In this document: positions 27,473-39,702 of the stretch, piece by piece
Position numbering within the stretch: position 1 is the stretch's first letter
Layout of the letters: every line of letters starts with the position of its first letter
NCBI GenBank assembly: GCA_963693365.1
Contig: CAVNZM010000005.1
Span: 8,006,710-8,070,709 of the forward strand
DNA from: Amoebidium appalachense
Lineage: Eukaryota; Protista; Ichthyosporea
Reading direction: 5' to 3'
Length of the DNA stretch: 64,000 nt
The notes under the pieces: model-generated
Seen by the model: the letters and a program-made list of their open reading frames with translations, nothing else
Told to the model about the DNA's origin: nothing
Database searches by the model: none
Program-made: the position numbers and the translations under genes

Positions 27473-28425
27473 GATCGGAGCAGTGTACACAATGATGTTT
27501 GGACAGAACTGAACTGAATTTATTTCGATCTCGTACATATACTCGAAATTCCCTTAAGTCAAACCTATCCGTGATTTCCGACCAGTCGGAAATCAGATCT
27601 GTCTCTAACGATAAAGTCCCCACTGATGTTGAAGAAAAAGAAATCAATTCACAATGTCGGGCACACACAGTTGGTCACGGTGACGGACATGAGTCGGGCC
27701 GGCAGGGGCTTTGTGAGGATGTCAGCCAGGTTGTGAGCTGACTCAACGTAGTGGAGAACGACGTCCCCACTGGCAATGTAATCCTTGGTGTTGTGGTACC
27801 GTACAGCAATATGTTTGGTACGGTGTTTGATGCCGGTGGAGTTGACGATGGCAATTGTAGCCTGGTTGTCACAATACACCGGGGTGGGGGCAAGCATGGG
27901 ACAGCCGAGCTCCTTGAGCAGGTCACGGACCCAAACAACCTCCTGGGTGCCAGCATTGAGAGCTATAAGATCGGCCTCAGTGGTGCTGGTGGCCGTGATG
28001 GGCTGGAGCTTGGAGTACCAGACGATGGGCATTCCGGCAAATTCGATGACGTAACCGGTGGCAGACTTCTTGCTGTCAGCACAACCAGCAAAGTCAGCAT
28101 CCGTGTAGCACTCGAGGATGGGAGCCTTGGTGGCAGAGTGCTTGTAGTCAATGCCAAGGTGGAGGGTGCCGAGTAGGTAACGGCCCGGCCACACGACGGA
28201 GGAGGTCCCAGTGGGTTTTGCCGGGGTTGCTGCTGAAACGACCGAGGAAGCGGATGGCATAAGCAATGTCGGGACGTGTGCACCGGGCAACCCAGAGGAG
28301 ACGACCAAGTAATTCACGGTAGGGCACCGTGAACGGCTGGGGGGGGGGCAGTCGGCCAGTGAGGCAGTGGTGCCTGCAGGGATGGGGGTAGACTTGGACT
28401 TGGCATCGGTGAGGTTGAAGTCGTG

Positions 28426-29140
28426 TGACATATACTAATCCGTCTCAGCAGATCAGCCTAAGTCTACGATCGAGATCGGGGGGGGGGGGGGGGGGGGGGG
28501 GGGGTGGCCCGGGTCCACAGATCATCAAGATCAAGTCCGGGGCCTCAAGATAGCTGTACAGCTGCGTGCATCTTGCCTCTGCCGGCGCAGGGAGGGACCA
28601 CGTCAGCTGGAGCAGCCGACCAATAGAATTCTAATTAGTGTGTAGGATAGATCGTAGGAGGACTTAGGAATTGATTGTTCGGGCAGAAGCCCTTTTGTAA
28701 GTATTGGCAAGTCTTGATAGTATATGTTGCCAAACGTATTTATATATTTAGATGTAGAGGAAAGGGGGGAGGGAGGGGGGGGGAGCATAGTATGAAATGT
28801 AGATTTAGACTCTGCGGTGCCACTAGGGGGAGGGTGAGGGGTGAGGCATGGATAAATATATTAGTTGAGTAGATCGACTTAGCTCGTGCAGGCGCACGAT
28901 AAAGTAGATCGGAATGTTTGGAATGTGGCATCGTAGGGGGGCCAGGTGATGATGATCTTTGAGGGCACGGCCTTGATGGCCTCAGTTGTAACTTAGCCTC
29001 ATTCCGTACGGATCTAAGTTTGCCCGTCGGAGCCTGGTCTGAATAAACTTTACCGTTTTCAGTTACACGTTCGTTCCTTTCCGTGTGTGTACACTTAGTA
29101 GAGTGCCGCGTCTCTAGTACATACACAATAGGATACGACA
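28426..29140. mobile_element. Solo LTR (715 bp) inserted in the Copia RT
   Basis: TG...CA ends flanked by 5-bp TSD TCGTG (28421-28425, 29141-29145); the RT reading continues on both sides. Confidence 0.9.
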
Positions 29141-32105
29141 TCGTGGATGATGTCCATGATGTAGGACCTCTGGTGCATGTGGAGGTGGTGGGGGTCGGAG
29201 TGGTTGAAGTCGACACCGAGCCTCTGAGCATACGGTCGAAGGGGCTCATACGACAGCTGGCCATCTTGCCGATTCGGAGCAGCTAGGTCACGGGCAGACC
29301 CAGAGCCCGGGGAGTTGGTGATGGTCGAGTCATCCACATAGTTGCCAGCACAGACCACGTCGTTGTTAGGGAAGAACCGAAGGTAGATGCACGGGCCAGT
29401 CTTCGTACGAGTGAGGCCGTGGGCAAGGAGGATGCCGTCAAGGAAGTCGTACTAAGCTTTGGAGGCTTGCTTGAGGCCGTACAGAGCCTTCTTCAATCTC
29501 CAGACCTTGCCGAGGGTGGCCATGGTGATGAAGCTGAGCCCGGGGGTTGTTTCATGTAGATGGTCTCGGTGAGTGGGCTGTTGAGGATATGGAGCCACCA
29601 TAAGAAGTTGTGGGAGCTTCAAAGAAGTCCCAGTGCCACTCGTAGCCGGGAATGTCGGAATGAAGACGTTCGCCCTTGAAAGGGGCCTTGGTGGTCTTGC
29701 CCATCATGCAGCCGTGGCAATCAGGGGTGTCACAGTCAAGGATGGAAGGGGGAGGCCAATGACGAGGTCTTTCTTCACCATCTCCATGATGCTGGACATG
29801 GCACGGTGGCCTAAACGATGATGCCAGACGGACGGGTGAACACCAGCAGTGGCAGTGAGAGCCATGGCCCGGGGGGGTGGTTGTATGACATAGTCCTTGA
29901 AGTAGTAAAGATCATTGTGAAGACGGAGGTTGACCAGGTGACGACCAGTGTTGATGTTGAAGAGAAATGACGGAGTGGATGCCTTATTCAAATCACCCTT
30001 GATGTTCTCTTTGGCAGCCTGAGACGTGGAGAGGAGGAAGGCCTCACCGGACGGAGTGTAGTATGCCTCAATAGTAAGAGAGGCAGGGCCGTGGATGGTG
30101 GTAGTGTGGTAGTGTGAATGATGATATGGCCAACGTGAGTGGCCACGATGGGGGCAGACAGTCATGTTGCAGCCAGAGTTCCAGGCAGGGTCGGAGGACA
30201 CAGGAACCGTGCTGGCATTGTATGCCGAGAAGGCAAAAGAGACGGACTTGTCGTTGCCTTGGCGATTACGGTTGGGCTTGGAGGCACGGCAGTCAGGTTC
30301 AGGGCAGTGAGCAATCTTGTGGCCGGGTTCATGACAGTAGAAGCACTCATTGTTTGAGGGAACACGGGGTCGAGCCGGGGAATCAGAATGACGGGGACCT
30401 GAGAAACGGTTACGACTGGGGGAACGGGATGTGGACCGGTAGGGAGGCTGGTAGGGAGACCGGGAACGGTTGGGCTGACGGGAGAGTCGGGAACGGAGAT
30501 CATCACCGGAGGTACGATCGAGGCGGGAGCGCAGGTCACGACGGGGAGGATCACGGGGGATGGCACTGGCAGTTAAAGCCATGCTGGACTTGGGTTGGCG
30601 GTTGTCACGGTGGTTGCGGAGTTGCATCTTGAGTTGTTGACGTAACTCAATGCCCTTGACGTGGTTGTGCAGAGACTCGAAGTCTGGGAAAGCCTTGTCA
30701 CCGAAGTGGTAGTCTTCGAGGAGACGGCTGAATTCACGGCCCGGGGTGAGATCGTCACGTGTGGTGAGCTCATTGAAGAACTTCTCCGACAGACGTACGA
30801 AGGTGATGGACTGGTCTTGCAGGGACTGAAGCTGGTTCACAATCGTCTGTAGACGACCCAGGTAGATGGTGAATGATACACCATCCTGAAGGGCGCAGGC
30901 ATCCCACTTGCGCTGGAGAAGACGAATCTGATCGGGCCGGCCTTGAAGGTAATGCTCTGACGGAATTTCCACATGGCACGGTCTGGATCCATGCCAATAC
31001 GGTACTGGGCCACGGTGGTCATCTCAGAAGGCTCGATGTTCTGCATCATATGAAGGAGAAAGCAGTTGCGGGCTTCCTTGAGTTCGACAGCAGTACCGTA
31101 GCCGTAGAAGGGGGCACACCATCGACAGGCACGGTGGTGGGGGGGACGTAGTTGTCAGCCAGAACAACGTCCACATGCTTGGCGCCCTTGGTGCCGGTCA
31201 TCATACCGAGGAATATGATTTCCCACTGGAAGTAGGTGGTACAGTCGGGGCCAGTTTTGCCTTCACCTTTCCACATGGTGATCTTGTTAAAGCCAGACTT
31301 GTTGGGATCCATGGTCGCGATGGACAGGAACTATCGCTAGATCTAGGTGTGTGTAGGGAGCTTGCACAAAGGTCGTTAACCTGAAAAATTATATAAGTAT
31401 TCGGGGCAAGGACAGGGAAGCAGAGACACAGTGGTGCAGTGTAAAAACACCACAAACACACAGGAACAAGGAACAAGGGAAACAGGAACGATCGAAGCAG
31501 TGTACACAATGATGTTTGGACACAACTTGAACTGAACTGAATTTATTTCGATCTCGTATATATGCTCAAAATTCCTTTAAGTCAAACATCATATCCGTGA
31601 TTTCCGACCAGTCGGAAATCAGATCTGTCTCTAAAAGAAACCAATCACTAAGAACTAATTGCTTTCAGAGAGATCCGGTACGCAGATATGTACACGATAG
31701 GGCACAGACACTAGCGAAGATCAACTCGTGTCATTATCGAGGAAGTGAGGGAAAGTTCTAACCCATGACACACTGCAAAGACTCAGACATACCCCACTTT
31801 ACCTTGATGATTGGTTAAAGCACGGCAACACATGAAAACTAAAGTAAATTAATGAAGTCTGATCACACATGTCAACCCAAGTGTAGCCTAAGTGTGTTAC
31901 CGTCCAATCAACACATATTAAGTAACACAAATCTACCTATTAGTAACATATATTAGTAGAAAAGAAATACGATTATACACCAAAAACAAGGAGAGGTAGA
32001 AAAGAAGATAAAGAAAGAGAAAGAGAAAGGAGAAGAGAGCATAGATCAACAAACAAGATAATAATAGTATAACTATAACTAAAGATATTTATGTACACAC
32101 GAACA

Positions 32106-32855
32106 TGTTACAGTCACGTCTCTCCCTGAGTGGGTGGATTCGTGTACACACATAAATATTCTAATCGATATTACAACACACGATTAAAGCCGGTACAACA
32201 CGATTACAAGTATACAAGCCGCTCGGAGATTGATGCCACACTTTTCGTACAAGGACTCGTGTAGCTATTACACTAAGTACATGAACTAAAACATAACACA
32301 AACTGAAAAGATCTTACCTAATGTAGATACTACGTACTACAACACCCGTATACGGCACCACATATCAATCTACATTCCGATCTACCGGCCAGCCGTGCGC
32401 CTGCACGAGCTAAAGTCTATCGATCCGAAGCTACTCAACATATCTGTCCTCCACCTCACCTACCCCTATGATTGTGGCGCCGTGGAGTTTAAGTCTATTT
32501 ACTAACTTGAATATCTCTGGTCCCCCCCCCCCCCCCTACATACATACATATGTGATATATACATACTGACAGATGGCACTATCTCAAGGACATAAGGGCT
32601 CTGCCCACTCTATTGCATTCCACATTTCTAAGATCTATCTTACCCGAAACCTCTAATTCTATATGCTGGCTGGATGAGGTTGACGTGGCTCCGCCCTGTG
32701 CCTGCAGAGATGTAGCACGCGCCGATGTACAGCTCCGTATTGATGCCTCGAGGCTTGATCTTGATGATCTCCGGACTCGCCCCCCCCCCCCCCCCCCCCT
32801 CCCCCTCCCCCCTTTGATCTCGACTTAGCCTGCTGAGACAGATTAGCATATATCA
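32106..32855 (+). repeat. LTR related to 28426-29140, in inverted orientation, followed by a possible PBS (TGGTCCGCCCC)
   Basis: Shared segments GCGCCTGCACGAGCTAA and CTGAGACAGATTAGCATATATCA; left boundary uncertain. Confidence 0.65.
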
Positions 32856-33489
32856 TGGTCCGCCCCATGTCATGTGGCTGTGACCACCTGGACGTATGTC
32901 CGTTACCACCCTATAGTCAATGATGTATGTGGGTGCTCACTGTATGATAGTTCGGTTAAACTCCGACAATACCACTGGATGAACCCATGACCCCGGCAGT
33001 GACAAAATTAACGGTAGCCAACATTTAATTCAATACCATTTTCTTCAAGCTTGTTTATTGTCTCCCCTTTGGGCCCCAGTGCAATGCTTGCAGTGTTCAT
33101 CCTTCCACTCCCACCCCTGCATTTCGTGCAGCATTCCACTCCCATCCCCTCTAAATATTCAACTGGCAACTAATAATCTATCGTATGATCATTCAGTAAT
33201 ACTAGCAAAAGAGACAGTTTACATGCCGACATTTCTTGCATGGCAATGCCCACACGCATGCTTCCAGTGGTGAGCCTGAAGCTGCTTTCCTCAAACCTAG
33301 AATAAAAGTAGAGCCACAAACCTAACTAGGGAGCGTCCGCCAACTAAGGACGAGGTGAGAAAGGGTGGGGGGGTCCCCCTCGGGAGGAGCTACAGATGCC
33401 AGGAGGCTGGGAGGACATCAGGAGAGGCAGGAGAGGGGGGGGGGGGGGGGGGGGTTTGAATGCGGAACACAGTACGAAGTACGCCACAC

Positions 33490-33526
<37 letters not shown>

Positions 33527-34398
33527 ACACACCCACACACACCCACCCCCATCCCAACCCCCACCCCCACCCCCCACCCCACCCCCACCCCCACCCCCGC
33601 ACCCGTGCCCGCCCACCCACCCACCAACCCACACACAATCCCTTCCCCGAGCCTTACCCCCTCTCCCCCCATCCCCCCCTCCCGCTTGCCAAAAAGAAAG
33701 CACAAAAAACATGTTGCTGTCTTAGAAAGCCTGGGGCAGGGCGCCCGTACAGGTGCTTAGCTTCCTACGTTCCCCATCACAGGCCACACCACAGGAGGCC
33801 ATGGCAGAACATTTAATTCATGATAGTCAAGATACTGCTGCCAGCATAACCACGGACAAATACTGCTGCTGCCAACTGCCCTGTGAGTTCTTGCGTGCCG
33901 AGGTTTGTGTCCTCTTACCCCGGCCATGATTACATTAAACACATATTGCCTTTTGCTACCAGCAAGCGCTGGCCCACACACACCAAAAACCGACTGGAAC
34001 TAGACGGCAACATTCCATTAGGGGATTTTCTAGCTGTTGCATGGTGCTCTTGTGTACATAGTCCAACTAACTGGGCCTATGACCCCCCCACTACGCATCC
34101 TCCTTGGCCGGATATGCCTCGGGGCCCCTTCTCAATGGGCCGCCAGTCACTCAGGTCCCGGCACGGTGGCAAGCAAGGGGGTATGGGAGTTGCGGTTGGC
34201 CCAGGCCGCGAGGAGCAGCTGGAGGGCAGGCAGGGGGTCGTGACGGCCTGCCCCACTGTGTCCTTGCTGGGGGGGTGGCCGACTTGTGCAGGGCCGTGTG
34301 CTCCGCCTGCGGTTGCTCTTTGTGGGCTCTTGTGGGTCGGGGCCAGCCCCATGGGCCCGCCAGTCCCCGCCTTGGTGCCCCCGCGGCCACACAGCCCG

Positions 34399-35004
34399 TC
34401 AGTGCTGCGGGGTTGTGTCTGTGGTCGAGCCACAATCTGGCGCCGGGCTGCCACAGCTGGCGGGGGTGTCTGCGTCGGGCATGGGTGTGTCTGGGCCTGC
34501 CCGTGCAGGCGTGGGGGAGGCCAAGCCCGAGCGGGGCGAGCCAAAGCCCACCAGGCGCACGGACGAGAGCCGGGACGAGCCGCGGCGCAGGCCGTTTGCC
34601 GGAGAGGCCGGGCTGACCAGGTTGTTGCTGTAGGCGTGGCCGCGGGGCCGCGGAGGCGACGGCTGGTCGGTGGTGTCGTCGTCCAGGCGGCGGCGCTTGG
34701 GGCCGGCCAGCAGCAGCGTGTCCTCCAGCTGGCGCTTGAGCTCCAGCTGCGCCGTCACCTTGCCCTCGCCCGGCGCCTCAGCCGTGGCCGCACTGCCCTC
34801 GGCCTGCAGCTGCCGCACCCGCTGGCCCTTGGGCCCCGGGCTGGCCACCGGTGACCCGCGCTCGCCTGGGTCAGAGTCGGCGCACTCGCTCCAGCGCCGC
34901 ACCCGCTGCGCCATGCGTGCCTGCCCACGGGCCCGCCACCACACAGGTTTGTGCCGCGCGGCTAGCAGCCACTGCTGTGCTCTCCCTGCGCAGGAGAAGG
35001 ACAC
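34399..35004 (-). CDS. Hypothetical protein exon(s), low complexity, with NLS-like PKRRR; likely continues downstream
   Basis: GC-rich coding-like ORF (LELKRQLEDTLLLAGPKRRRLDDD) divergent from the next gene; no domain recognised. Confidence 0.35.
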   Translation of the reverse strand: MSFSCAGRAQQWLLAARHKPVWWRARGQARMAQRVRRWSECADSDPGERGSPVASPGPKGQRVRQLQAEGSAATAEAPGEGKVTAQLELKRQLEDTLLLAGPKRRRLDDDTTDQPSPPRPRGHAYSNNLVSPASPANGLRRGSSRLSSVRLVGFGSPRSGLASPTPARAGPDTPMPDADTPASCGSPAPDCGSTTDTTPQH

Positions 35005-35284
35005 ACGCTGTCACAGCCCCTGCCCGCCGGGCTCGAGATTGCTACCGGCTAAACGTTTGAGCTGGTGCACAGCTCTGCGACGTCTCAAACACTGCGGAAA
35101 GAGAACCTCCCTTGGCGCACACACGGCGTAGCTGCTGCTGTTGCTCGGTGGCTGTAGCTGTGCGCCTGCAGCGCCCAGGGTATCATGCGTGCAGCCGTGG
35201 CAGGTCGGTATGACAGAATAATATATCAAGGGCGATCACAATGAATGCCGTGTCGCCTCATCGTGTCTCTTTCTGCCTTCAGCA

Positions 35285-36871
35285 ATGGCCCTACCGCGGT
35301 AGGTACGGCCCCAGCTGCGGCGCGTCTGCTTTGGCCCAGCCAGGCTCTAACGGTGGCGTAGCGCCAGCCCGCCGGACGTCCTCACAGAGCCAGCCGGCTG
35401 CGTGCCCGCCCTTGGCGTGGGGGAGGCCGAGGTTGCACGGTTGGTGGGGCAGCGGGCGGGGCTGCGGGCTGCGGGCAACTATGCCGCAGCCGACGGGCTG
35501 CGCAGGCAGCTGCAGACCTGGGGCGTGGTGGTGGAGGACGGGCCGGCCGGCAGCAGCTGGCACTGGGCGCCAGCAAGCCGGCAGGGCGGGCCAGCAGGCA
35601 GGGCCGGGGCTGAGGGCTCGGTGTGTGTGCGCAAACACAAGAAGAAGAACGAGGCCCGCACGGCAAAGCGCCACCGTGCCCGGCTGCTGGCCGACTGGCT
35701 GGTGGCCACATACGGCCACGATCACCTGCGCACACGGTAGCACCCTCTCCCCCGTGCTGCGGGGCAGCTGGGCATGACAGGGGGGACAGGGGGTGTTGAC
35801 AGGGCAACAGGGGGGTGCTGGATGTGGCGGGGGGGAACGGCAAGCTGGCCTACGAGCTGTGTGTCGTGCGCGGCATACCGTGCACTGTGGTCGACCCCCG
35901 CCCCCTGCAGCTGTCGGCACACACCACCAGCCTGCTGCTGCAGAGGGCACGGGCCTGGGCCCCTGGCCAGGTGGGGCCCCTGCCTTTGTGGGGCCTGTGT
36001 GTGCTGTGCCTTTCTCTCTCTCTATCCCTCTGTGTGTGTGTGTGTGTGTGTGTATGTCTGACATCTTTGCTAATTCAGTTTTTCTTTATTTGAGCAAGGG
36101 TGGGGGGTTTGGGGACTGAACGGGAGGCAAGGCAGGGGTTAGGTGGGCTGTGCTGATGGGCCGGGCCAGGGGCTGGAGGGCTGCAGCTGTCTGGCGGCTG
36201 GCTGTGGGCAGGACACAGAGGGGACGGTGGCCGGCACGGGGGTTGAGGGGGGCATAGCGCTGGATGCCGGGCGGCTGCAGGGCCTGTGCGCAGGGCTGCG
36301 GCAGGCGCTCGGGGCATATCTGCAGCACATAGGGCTGCAGCACGTGCAGGCAGAGTTCACCGACCACTTTGGGCAGGTCACGGCCACGGCGGCCCTGCTG
36401 GCCAGGGCGGGGGTGCTGGTGGGGCTGCACCCAGACGAGGCCACAGACCCGCTTGTCCACGTGGCCCTGGCCCACAGGCACGACTATCCCCCCCCCCTTC
36501 CCTTCCCCCAAAACACACACACCCCACTCCACATCGCACACACCACGTGCCATGTCACACCACTTACACTACACCACACCACCCACCACACCCTATCCAA
36601 CCACACAACCCACCCCACGACTCTGTGGTGCTGACTGTGCTGGGCCCACAGCAAGCCGTTTGCGGTGGTGCCGTGCTGCGTGTTTCCGCGGCTGTTTGCA
36701 CATCGCAGGCACTGCGGGCAGGCCGTGGGCAGCTACGAGCAGCTGCTGGGATACCTGCAGGGCCTGCACCCGGCCATCCAGCGCACCGTGCTGCATGGCC
36801 TGCCGGGCCGCAATGTGCTGCTCTACCGCACACAGTGCGGCTTTACAAGGGCCGATGGGGGCCTTTCTTAG
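35285..36871 (+). CDS. Putative SAM-dependent (tRNA?) methyltransferase with N-terminal CysRS-C-terminal-like helical domain; multi-exon
   Basis: LVGQRAGLRAAGNYAAADGLRRQLQTWGVVVEDGPAGSSW (CysRS C-terminal pattern); VLDVAGGNGKL, VVDPR, VGLHPDEATD, FAVVPCCVF, PGRNVLLY; GT-AG introns. Confidence 0.75.
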
Positions 36872-37270
36872 CTGCACGCGTGGTGCTCGCCTTATAGCCC
36901 TACCCAAAGCTGGTTATCCCTTTAGAGGAGGAAAGCAGTCAGTGCACTTCATTAGATCGGCAGTCGTCTGCAAGATTTTGTCATCTCCACTTCAACATAA
37001 AGTTACACCAAGAAAGGCCGACATAGCCCCCAAACCTACGGTATGCACATAGCATTACAATTGGGCAAATTGAAGTTGGCTGAGAACCTGCGTGTATGCC
37101 CTCTAGCACCCCTCTAGCGTCTCTGCCCCCACCACGGCAGGCACGTGGGCTTGCTGGAAGTCCTCTGTGGCTGTGCCGGTAGTTGACTCGCGCACGGAGA
37201 GGTTGCCGTGGCTGCACACCCACTGCCAGCAATAAACACCCACCCCCGCCGTTGTACGGCCGGGCCCGGG

Positions 37271-37424
37271 CTATGTGAAAGCCAGCACGGCCAGCAGGGC
37301 AAAGTGGTCGGACGGGTAGCCGGCACACGGCAGCAGGGTGGCCGGCAGCTGCTGCAGCGGCGGTATCTGCCCCCCGGGAGACCGTCAGCATCCAGGCGGC
37401 CGGGAGAGGGGTGGGTGGGTGGGT

Positions 37425-37463
<39 letters not shown>

Positions 37464-39199
37464 AGAAAACAATACCTCCAGCAGCTGAGTGGGGGCCAGG
37501 CCACGGCCATACCAAATATAGTCAATGGTGCGCACACTGGTCACTGGCGGCCGTATCTTGCACGTGGTGTACGGTGGCTCCTGCGGGGGAGTGCTGTGGG
37601 TGTGTCAGGGTGTACACGTGTGTGTGTACCTCCTGCCAGAAAGTGGGTGTGTCAGGGTGTGTGTGTGCCTGCTACAAGTGTGTGTGTCAGGGTGTGTGTG
37701 TGTGCCTGCTATAGATGGGTAGTCAGGGGGGGGGGGTCTGGGTGGGGGGGGGTGGGGGTGGGGGGGGGGGGGGGGGGGGGTGAGCCACGGACCAAGCCTG
37801 GGCATAAGCACTGGCTAGGCCACAGGGCGCCGCCGCCAGCAGGGCATAGACGGGGCCCGTGGGTTCGCTGTTGAGGTCGCCCCCCAGCAGCACCTGCCCG
37901 TGCAGACGTCAGCACGGCCTGCACACACTGCCCCGCAGCCAGGCCCGGGCAGGGCCTACCGGCAGGCCCGGGTGGGCAAAGGCCTCGAGGCGCTGCAGCA
38001 GCACCCGGGCCTCCAGCAGTCGCAGGGCCTCGCCCTCCGGCTTGGCCTTGAGGTGCGTGCAGCCCACCACAAGCTCCTGCTGCCCCCTCAGCCCCCCAGC
38101 CTGCCCAGCCCCCCCGTGCCCGTGCAGCCCCCACACACCTGACCGGTGGCTGTGGCAAAGTGGCCCAGCAGGTACACCTGGTTGGCCGGCCCCTCCACAT
38201 AGGCCCTGCCCAACCCCGTCAGTGGCCGCCAGGCCCACTGCCCACCACCAGTGTGGCCCATACTCGTAGGGGCCAGCCTCGTGCCGCACACACCGCAACC
38301 TGCAGGGGCCCCACCCAGTCAGCCTGCAGCCAGGCCTAGCCCCAGCCGGGCCTGGGGCTGCACCTGGTGGGCCGGTAGAACAGCGCACAGCCGTCGCTAC
38401 CGCGTGGCTTCTGCACGTACAGGCCCTCGTAGCCGTGCACGGCCAGGGCTGCGGCCAGCTCGTCATAGCGGTCCACCTCCTGCCCGCCCTGTTGGTGCGT
38501 GCCTGGCGGCCAGGCAGGGGGCACCCACCTGCAGCGTCAGCAGGTCGGGCCTGTGCCGGGTCAGCTCCTCAACCAGCTGCGGGTAGCGCTGCCCCCACTG
38601 CCACGATTCCATCAACGGAGTTCGAGGGTGTGTGTGTGTGTGTTGAAGTTCTGTATTTTTGGTGGTGGTGGTGGGGGGGGGGGGAGGGGGGAGAGGGGGG
38701 GGGGGGAGGGGGTGGGGAGGAGACCTCCAGGCACTTTGGGTCGACGAGGGGAAAGGCTGCAGCCAGGCCGTCTGCCAGCATGTTCCACTGCAGCAGCGAC
38801 ACGCTGGCGCCTGCGCCAAAGGTCACCACTGGCACCCAAGACACCACCCACCCGTGGGCCGTGCCTGCCTACCTGTGGCATGGCCGGCCCGTGGAAGGGC
38901 CTTGAACACACGTGGTAGCAACATGGAGCCGAGCTGCAAGGGTGGCCGTAGCACAGGCTGGGGTGCTGACGGCCAGGGCTGTGGCTGGGCCCCAACAGCT
39001 GGCACTTGCTGGCAGTTGGCGTGAGGCGCGGGCCTGGGCCGCCTGATGCTGCGCTGCTTGGTCCTGCTTGGCCGTGCAGCGTTGTGCAGGTGGGTGTGCC
39101 GTGGGCTGGGGGGGCCTGCAGAGCAGCCGCCACCTTGTCGGGGTAGACTTTGTTTCTAGAAACAGGGGGTGGGCTTGCGGGTGTGTTCAAGGCTGCCAA
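37271..39199 (-). CDS. Nocturnin/CCR4-like endonuclease-exonuclease-phosphatase (EEP) protein; multi-exon; start uncertain
   Basis: LLQWNMLA, LLTLQ|EVD, DGCALFY, THLKA, GGDLNSEP, TIDYIWY, YPSDHF. Confidence 0.88.
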
Positions 39200-39702
39200 A
39201 GGTACTGATGATCACACCGAGGTTAGAGCAAGTGGAGACTGATGTGGTCAAAGAAAATGGGTGGGTGGGTGGGTCAGGTTGGGGGGAGGGAGGGAGAGGG
39301 AGGGGGCTAGAATGTTTATAAAACTTATTACAGAGTACAACGTCTCCGACCGCGGCTCAGGCCCAGTCACACATAGAGTTACGGTTGTTGGCTTTATGTT
39401 TTTATTTTGGTGAAACGGTTATCTGTTTCTTTGACACTGGCAGTTTATGTAAGCGACCCTCCCTATACCTAGCGGGGGTTGCTCTGTGACGTCATACTAG
39501 CCTCTGCGCACTCCCATTGGCTACGCAATCAGAAGACATCTGATTGGATGCATGCAGAGTTTTGGCGCCAAAGACTGCTGCGCTCACAACACCAAACGTG
39601 GCAGAACAAATCATTCACTGATCGTGCAGACTCCAGGCCGGACACCCCGTACGTCAGTAGAGTACGTGGCCAAGAAAGGTCGAAGCTCGTGCTGTATGCG
39701 GC
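39200..39702. promoter_or_regulatory. Probable bidirectional promoter region
   Basis: Short interval between divergent genes; TGACGTCA palindrome at about 39487 and ATTGG (CCAAT-box) motifs at about 39516 and 39543. Confidence 0.35.

Larger units (their letters stand above)
24660..31636 (-). mobile_element. Internally deleted Ty1/Copia element with ~250-bp LTRs, carrying two nested insertions
   Basis: LTRs 31382-31636 and 24660-24772 + 27478-27610. gag from 31312 with CFYCHEPGHKIAHC; WHHRLGH; RT (LKKALYGLKQA, YVDD); RNase H (YTDADFAG, CDNQ, KHIAVRYH, ADILTKPL). Integrase core deleted; TSD not preserved. Confidence 0.9.
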
